Below are positions 54,234 through 64,000 of a stretch of DNA of 64,000 bases, one piece after another; position 1 is the stretch's first letter; each line of letters starts with the position of its first letter. Origin of the DNA: Eledone cirrhosa. Lineage: Eukaryota. The notes below the pieces were generated by a model. That model was not told where the DNA came from. It ran no database searches and worked only from the letters and a program-made list of their open reading frames with translations. The translations under genes and the position numbers were made by a program. Location: assembly GCA_964016885.1 (NCBI GenBank), contig OZ024740.1:393328001-393392000 (forward strand). Reading direction: 5' to 3'.

Positions 54234-54980
54234 TTAATTAGGTTTATAATATTTAAATGTTTTTTTTAGTTTATGATTACACGATATAATTAATTCCTGT
54301 CGTTTATTTAATAAGATATCCTTAGACTTCATTATTTCAAATAGTTCTTGGGAACATAATCTACATTCCTTTCTATTATTTTGATAAGGGGTGGCTCTTT
54401 TGAGCACACTCCAGGTCAAATCATATTTTATATTCTTATTTTTATAACTATTGATTTTTTCTGCTAGAGATGTTGTATTAGCCAGTGCGGCATTTTTAAA
54501 ACTATGTTTGTGGGTATTAAACCTTGTCTTAAAATTGTTAGAGGTAGCTCCTATATATGAGCAAATAGAATCTTTAGTTTTAACATTACATTTATAGACT
54601 ATGTTGTTAACAAGACAATTCCCTTTTAATGGGCAGTTTGTTTTGTTTCTACAGTTACATCCTTTCGTTAATTCTGTATTTGAGGAGATATTATTGTTAA
54701 TTTGATGTACTGGTGGTATACTTATGGTTTTCTTACATTTATATGCATTATATGCACTTATATTTTGTTTTATGTTATTTGTTGTAGAGTATGAGAATTT
54801 AACTGTAGACCTATTTAAGATTTGATGGTATTTGTGGTTTGGCGGGAAGTTTTTCTCAAGGATATAAAAAAATTTTTTAGCAATATTATCCTTAACTTGT
54901 AAATTAAAAGGAGCATTATACCAAGTAACTCGTCTATTACGGTTTCTATGTTGTTTATTATTTTTATTATTTTTATAGGT

Positions 54981-54983
<3 letters not shown>
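54234..54983 (-). CDS. Naiad-type GIY-YIG endonuclease domain (partial)
   Basis: Non-repetitive part of ORF 54234-55055. Confidence 0.88.
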
Positions 54984-56610
<1,627 letters not shown>

Positions 56611-56817
56611 TTTTTGTTTTTAGTCAGTCAGGAACTAGAGAAAAACACAATGGAAAGCATCCAGCAAATAGCAAACTCCATCCACCAGAGCATTAGAGCT
56701 ACTATAGACTACCCAAGTAGACACCCCAACCATTGATTACCTGTACTAGACACAGAGCTCTGGTTAGACACCATTAACAACCAAAAACAAATCCTCCATT
56801 CCCATTATGCCAAACCC

Positions 56818-57711
56818 ATGACTTCCAAACATCTGATCCACCGCAACTCGGCCATTTCGGACCATACCAAAATCAACATACTGATTGCGGATTTGGTACG
56901 GGTGATGAGAAATGTGTCCCGCATGTGCAACCCCGAAGAACTAGAGAGACACATACAACACTTCATCCACCGTATGCAGTTCTCTGGCTACAATCAGAGA
57001 GATAGAATTAGAGTGTATAGAGGAGCCAGAACCAAATGGGAAAAAATGGTAAATAATGACATAAATGGGACCTGCCCCTTGTATAGGAGCAAATTTTGGA
57101 ATAGAATAGAAAGAACTAAGAACAAGGCCAATAGAATAAACTCATGGTATGATAGCAATAAATACCAGAGTGTAATGTTCATCAATACAACCCCTAGAGG
57201 CGAACTAGCCTACAAATTTAGAAGGGCCCTAAATAAACATAAACTCAATATTAAGATAGTAGAAAGACCAGGTACCTCCGTAAAAACACTTATTAGCAAG
57301 ACATACCTGTTCCAAAGACCCTCATGTATAGATAAGAAATGTATAACCTGTAAAATAAGCCCCCATATTAACTGTAAAACTAGAAATGTAGTGTATAGCA
57401 TAAGATGTACTGAAGGACAATGTAGAAACAAAAAAAATATAGTGTACATAGGTGAGACAGCTCGTAGTATAGGGGAACGAATAAATGAACACTGGCGAGA
57501 CCTTCAAGATAATAAAGAATCATCTGTGCTCTACCAACATGCTAAGATAGAACACAGGGGTAAATTAGAGAACATAGAAATAAAAATAGAATCCACACAC
57601 AGAAAAGATGCAATGTTTAGGCAAATTACAGCGGCAGTAAGCATAAAAGAATTACAACCAAAATTAAATAGAAAATATGAGTGGAACAGTAACATCACAA
57701 CTTACAATTAA
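56818..57711 (+). CDS. PLE RT C-terminus + GIY-YIG endonuclease (partial)
   Basis: 297-aa ORF. Confidence 0.85.
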   Translation: MTSKHLIHRNSAISDHTKINILIADLVRVMRNVSRMCNPEELERHIQHFIHRMQFSGYNQRDRIRVYRGARTKWEKMVNNDINGTCPLYRSKFWNRIERTKNKANRINSWYDSNKYQSVMFINTTPRGELAYKFRRALNKHKLNIKIVERPGTSVKTLISKTYLFQRPSCIDKKCITCKISPHINCKTRNVVYSIRCTEGQCRNKKNIVYIGETARSIGERINEHWRDLQDNKESSVLYQHAKIEHRGKLENIEIKIESTHRKDAMFRQITAAVSIKELQPKLNRKYEWNSNITTYN

Positions 57712-57919
57712 GGACAAAATGAAAACACACACACACATAGAACAAACAACCAACCAACAATAAATAAATAAATAAATAAACAAATAGATAAATGAACACA
57801 AACACACACAGACACCCGGATGTGGCGCATGCGCAAACTGAGTACACAACACACACACAGAAACAAAATGGCGTAGGACAGAAGAAAGGAAAGGCACAGA
57901 AACAAAGAAAGGAATCCCC

Positions 57920-57964
57920 AGTCACTGAAGAGGTCACAGAGTGTGTGACGAAAGGACTATGACT
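57920..57964 (+). ncRNA. Type I HHR (slightly degenerate)
   Basis: AGTCA-CTGAAGA-GGTCACA..TGTGAC-GAAA-GGAC-TA-TGACT. Confidence 0.75.
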
Positions 57965-58145
57965 ATATATAAACAACTATCTGGTTGTGGAACCAACCAA
58001 CCAACCAGAAATTTATAAATTTATACATATATATATATATTCATATATATATATATATATATTCATATATATATATATTCATATATATATATATATATAT
58101 TCATATATATATATTCATATATATATATATTCATATATATATATA

Positions 58146-58181
<36 letters not shown>

Positions 58182-58246
58182 TATATATATATATTCATAT
58201 ATATATATATATATTCATATATATATATATTCATATATATATATAT

Positions 58247-58489
58247 CTGTAGAAAACCCGCCAGACAGTCCACGCTGTAATGTGGCCGTGTAGGCAACAC
58301 GGTAAAAACCTCCCAGCCCCACACTGTAAATGTGGTTGGTGTTAGGAAGGGCATCCAGCTGTAGAAAACCTGCCAGACAGTCCTATGCGAGCAAGACAAC
58401 CACTCTTGCCTCAAGTGGGAAAACCCCCGTCCAAACCCATGCAAGCGTGGAACACGGATGCTAAACCCGATGATGATGATGATGATGAT
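58247..58489 (+). mobile_element. RTE family A 3' UTR fragment (duplicated-UTR subfamily)
   Basis: Matches 30447-30683. Confidence 0.92.
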
Positions 58490-58590
58490 TCATATATATA
58501 TATATATATTCATATATATATATATATATATATTCATATATATATATATATATATTCATATATATATATATATATTCATATATATATATT

Positions 58591-58962
58591 CAATTCGATT
58601 CTCTAGAAAGGCCGGAAGATAGGTAAATATTGCTGATGAGATGTAACAACATCGAAACTAGTCCAATATTCCTTGTCTGGCTTTCTGGAGAATAGAGGAA
58701 AGGTGTTTCCTCAAAAACCAGTATGACTCTAAAAACCGGTTTGTCTGTGTGTTTACATACAGAATAGCTGGACACTCACAGTAAAGTGACCAGTGAAAAA
58801 CTCGGTACATCTACATATGTACACGTGTGTGTATTCATATGCATACTAGTATTTCAGTATACATATGTGGATGTACATTTTTAACTTAATTGTTTAAGCG
58901 TCAGTCATACAAAAGTGAGTTACAAACAAAACGAAATTTAATTTCGTTTCGTTATTTGTTTT
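58591..58962 (+). mobile_element. Non-coding HHR-bearing mini element in (TA)n
   Basis: ~370-bp complex sequence bounded by microsatellite; contains a perfect HHR. Confidence 0.8.
58626..58670 (+). ncRNA. Type I HHR, canonical GUC site
   Basis: AATATTG-CTGATGA-GATGT AACA ACATC-GAAA-CTAG-TC-CAATATT. Confidence 0.92.
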
Positions 58963-59108
58963 CATATATATATATATATTCATATATATATATATATATG
59001 TTCATATATATATATATATTCATATATATATATATATATGTTCATATATATATATATATATATATTCATATATATATATATATATTCATATATATATATA
59101 TATATATA

Positions 59109-59142
<34 letters not shown>

Positions 59143-59189
59143 TATATATATATATATATATATTCATATGTATATATATATATATATTC

Positions 59190-59223
<34 letters not shown>

Positions 59224-59229
59224 ATATTC

Positions 59230-59263
<34 letters not shown>

Positions 59264-60474
59264 ATATTCATATATATATATATATATATTCATATATATA
59301 TTCATATATATATATATATATTCATATATATATTCATATATATATATATATATTCATATATATATATATATATTTTCATATATATATTCATATATATATA
59401 TATATATATATATTCATATATATATTCATATTCATATATATATATATATATATTCATATATATATATATATATATTCATATATATATATATATATATTCA
59501 TATATATATATATATATATATTCATATATATATATATATATATATTCATATATATATATATATATTCATATATATATATATATATATATTCATATATATA
59601 TATATATATATTCATATATATATATATATATATTCATATATATATATATATATATATTCATATATATATATATATATATTCATATATATATATATATATA
59701 TTCATATATATATATATATATATTCATATATATATATATATATTCATATATATATATATATATATTCATATATATATATATATATTCATATATATATATA
59801 TATATTCATATATATATATATATATTCATATATATATATATATATACTCATATATATATATATATATTCATATATATATATATATATTCATATATATATA
59901 TATATATTCATATATATATATATATATATTCATATATATATATATATATTCATATATATATATATATATATATATTCATATATATATATATATTCATATA
60001 TATATATATATATTCATATATATATATATATATATTCATATATATATATATATATATTCATATATATATATATATTCATATATATATATATATATATTCA
60101 TATATATATATATATATATTCATATATATATATATATATATTCATATATATATATATATATTCATATATATATATATATATATTCATATATATATATATA
60201 TATATTCATATATATATATATATATTCATATATATATATATATTCATATATATATATATATTCATATATATATATATATATTCATATATATATATATATA
60301 TTCATATATATATATATATATATTCATATATATATATATATATATTCATATATTATATATATATATTCATATATATATATATATATTCATATTTATATAA
60401 TATATATTCATATATATATTATATATATTCATATTATATATATATATATATCATATATATATATATATATATTC

Positions 60475-60505
<31 letters not shown>

Positions 60506-60798
60506 ATATATTATATATATATATTCATATATATATATATATATATTCATATATATATATATATATGATTCATATATATATATTCAATATATATATATAT
60601 ATATTCATATATAATATATATATATTCATATATATATATATATATTCATATATATATATATATATTCATATATATATATATATATATATATTCATATATA
60701 TATATATATATATATTCATATATATATATATATATATTCATATATATATATATATATTCATATATATATATATATATTCATATATATATATATATATA

Positions 60799-60836
<38 letters not shown>

Positions 60837-60950
60837 TATATATATATATATATATATATATTCATATATATATATATATTATATATATTCATATATATAT
60901 ATATATATTCATATATATATATATAATTCATATATATATATATATATATA

Positions 60951-60994
<44 letters not shown>

Positions 60995-61089
60995 TATATA
61001 TATATATATATACATATATATATTCATATATATATATATATATATACATATATATATTCATATATATATTATATATATATATATATATA

Positions 61090-61161
<72 letters not shown>

Positions 61162-61300
61162 TATATAGTATATTCATAATATAGTATATATATTATATAT
61201 ATATATATCATATATATATTATATATATATATATATTCATATATATATTTATATTCATATATATATATATATATTCATATATATATTTTATTCTCATATT
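58963..61300. repeat. ~2.3-kb [(TA)nTTCA]m array
   Basis: Direct. Confidence 0.95.
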
Positions 61301-61304
61301 TTAT

Positions 61305-63996
61305 TCTCATCAGAGGACGTGACAGATGGACGGTCGTAAACACAAAAGCCTTCCCTAGTGAGGAATGTACATCCCAACATAGCTTAGTTGTCAGCGACCT
61401 CACGGTCAGAACTAGACGAGCCTGAAACAGAGGCCAACCTGGAGAAGAAAGATCTGGAAGCTGAAAGTCCCCTCAACCAGTAACAGATTTAAAGATATTT
61501 TACTCAACGCCTACGACAGTAAAGAAGAACAGATAGAGACATTTAACGTAGAAGAGAACTGGGAGTTCCTAAAAAAATAACTTACTAGAGGCGACGGATG
61601 AGGTTTGTGGCTGGAGTAAGACCTCAAGCAGGAGGAGAGTGACTTGGTGGTGGAACAATAAGGTAGATGAAGCAGTCAAGGCCAAGAGACAGGCATGGAA
61701 AGAATGGAAGAACGGGGGGAGCAGGGTACATTACATAGAGACCAAGAGGGAAGCTAGGCGACAAGTATACTTAGCTAGGAGGGAAGCAGAGGATAGAAAA
61801 TTCAAGCATGTTTTACAACGTGAGGACCAGAAACAGGAGGTATTCAAGATTGCGAGGCAGTGTGTCAGAGATAGTTGTGATGTCATTGGAGAGAAGTGTA
61901 TCCGGAATGATAAAGGTGAGCTTGCCCTCACAAGTGCTGAGAAGAAAGATGCATGGAAGAGTCATTATGATAGATTACTAAATGAGGAGAATGCATGGGA
62001 AGAAGAGACCCTACCCCACGTAGACCCTATAGAGGGACCAGCAGTACAAGTCAGCGGCAGCGTAGTAAGTAAGGCAATCAGAGATATGAAGATAGGGAAG
62101 GCAACCGGTCCATCGGGTATAGCTGCCGAGATGCTGAAGGCATCTGGGTCTGTAGGTCACACTATAACCACACGTATCGTTAACCAGGTAATACTAGAGG
62201 GGGCCATACCAAAAGATTGGTGCAGTAGCATCATTGTCAACTGCTACAAAGGTAAAGGCGATGCACTAGATAGAGGAAACTATAGAGGTATAAAGTTGAT
62301 GGACCAGGTCATGAAAGTAACAGAAAGAGTTATAGCACAGCTGATTAGGGACCGGGTGAATATAGACGAGATGCAATTTGGGTTTGTTCCAGGGAAAGGC
62401 ACCACTGATGCGCTCTTCCTTGTGAGGCAATTACAGGAAGAAGTACCTAGCTAAAAGTAAGCCACTCTACCTGGCATTTGTCGACCTTGAGAAAGCCTTT
62501 GACAGAGTTCCACGTGCAGTAATCTGGTGGGCTCTTAGAAAACTAGGAGTAGATGAATGGCTTGTGAAAGCGGTACAAGCCATGTATAGGGGAGCAGTCA
62601 GCAAAGTTAGGATTGGCAATGAGTATAGCGAGGAATTTAGCGTACAGGTTGGGGTCCACCAGGGCTCTGTTCTTAGCCCTCTCCTGTTCATCATAGTCCT
62701 GCAGGCAATAACGGAGGAGTTTAAGACCGGATGCCCATGGGAACTCCTGTATGCTGATGACCTCGCACTCATAGCTGAATCTATGGTAGAACTAGAGAAT
62801 AAATTCCAAACCTGGAAGCAGGGACTAGAGAGAAAGGGCCTCAAAGTCAACATGACAAAGACTAAGGTCCTTATAAGTAGACGAGAAAACAGAACCCAGA
62901 TCCCTCAGGGAAATGGCCTTGCTCAGTATGTAGGAAAGGTGTAGGTAGGAACTCCATTCTTTGCCCCAAATGCAAACAATGGGTACACAAGAGATGTAGC
63001 GGGATCTCAGGAAGCTTAATTAAGAATGTAGGATTCACATGCAGCAGCTGTGCTGAAACAGCAAGCAAACAGCCACAGGAAACAAGTACCACCAATCTCT
63101 GGGAGGGCCCTGTAGAAACAGTAGACAGCTTCTGCTACCTAGGTGACCGAATTAGCAACGGAGGTGGGTGCTCAGAAAGTACAATAACTAGGGTAAGAAC
63201 GGGATGGAAGAAGTTTAGGGAACTACTACCACTGCTAGCTGCAAAAGGCTTCTCCCTCAGAATGAAAGGCAGACTGTATGATGCGTGTATCCGAACAGCG
63301 ATGTTGCATGGTAGTGAGACCTGGGCGCTGAAGGTGGAAGACTTACGTAGATTAGAGAGAAACGAAGCCTGCATGCTCCGATGGATGTGTAACAGTAATA
63401 TACGTGAACGACAAAGCATAAATGAATTGAGAGAGAGACTGAGCATAAGAGGAATCAAATGCTGCGTGCAGGAGAGGCGGTTACGCTGGTATGGACATGT
63501 GATGCGTATGAAGGATGACAGCTGCATAAAAAGGTGCAGAGCACTAGAAGTTGATGGAAACCGCGGAGTGGGGAGACCCAAGATGACTTGGGATGAGGTG
63601 ATAAAAGCCGACCTTACCCAACTACACCTCTCAAAGTCAATGACACACGACCGTGACTTCTGGCGTCACGCAGTAATACAGGGTACCCGACCTCCCATGG
63701 GTACATGCTGAAGCATATAAACAATATGCCCCCCCCCCCCCACCGCAAGGTGGTCGTGGAGGTGCCACGGCAAAAAAGCTGGACGTGTAGGCGCCACGAA
63801 AAAGCACCCAGCACTCACTGTAAATGAGGTTGGTGTTAGGAAGGGCATCCAGCTGTAGAAATCAAGCCAGATCAGTTCCTGTATGAGCAAGGCATGGTCA
63901 GCCGACCAGACACTGCCCACAACAGGACAACCCGTCTAACCCATGCTAGCGTGGAAGAACGGACGTAAAACGGTGATGATGATGATGATGATGATA
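61305..63996 (+). mobile_element. RTE family B, 5'-truncated, several 1-nt indels
   Basis: Near identical to 47334-50050; ORF pieces 61639-62454, 62564-62944, 63262-63711; (GAT)n tail. Confidence 0.96.
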
Positions 63997-64000
63997 TATA

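Larger units (their letters stand above)
50403..54983 (-). mobile_element. Naiad-type PLE 3' part with ~3.8-kb microsatellite-rich 3' region
   Basis: ORF to 54234 ([38 protein letters not shown]); terminal HHR at 50455-50609. Confidence 0.85.
56623..58020 (+). mobile_element. Penelope-like element, 5'-truncated (further family)
   Basis: LPVLD, HYAKPM, SGY, CIDKKCITC, VVYSIRC..VYIGETARS..EH; ORF 56818-57711; HHR in 3' region. Confidence 0.88.

Noticed and set aside
58890-61179. Long 410-713 aa YI-rich ORFs, and all similar YI/HT/CV ORFs
   Set aside because: Translations of (TA)n/(CA)n microsatellites that lack stop codons by composition
61305-63000. Programmed frameshifting in RTE family B
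   Set aside because: The indels are copy-specific, often in homopolymers, and absent from the 30811 copy; mutation or sequencing error

Overview
This is AT-rich, microsatellite-laden animal DNA, most consistent with an octopus/cephalopod genome (inferred from the repeat repertoire). I found no host gene I can support; the hundreds of YI/YT/CV-rich ORFs are (TA)n/(CA)n artefacts. Two nests of retroelements (about 0.4-11.1 kb and 29.8-64 kb) sit inside (TA)n tracts, separated by older DNA with tRNA-derived SINEs, MITEs and decayed LINEs. The nests hold at least 12 young copies of two RTE-clade LINE families with (GAT)n tails and a C4HC3 PHD-like finger inside the RT domain, plus five Penelope-like (GIY-YIG) element fragments. 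The most striking unannotated signal is about 13 type I hammerhead ribozyme (HHR) motifs read directly from the sequence. Several lie in small non-coding, circularly permuted or fold-back units (about 370-490 bp) resembling retrozymes. Two unrelated families carry a compensatory U3-A8 catalytic core, and one has a roughly 100-nt stem II. All structures were read by eye and are unvalidated.
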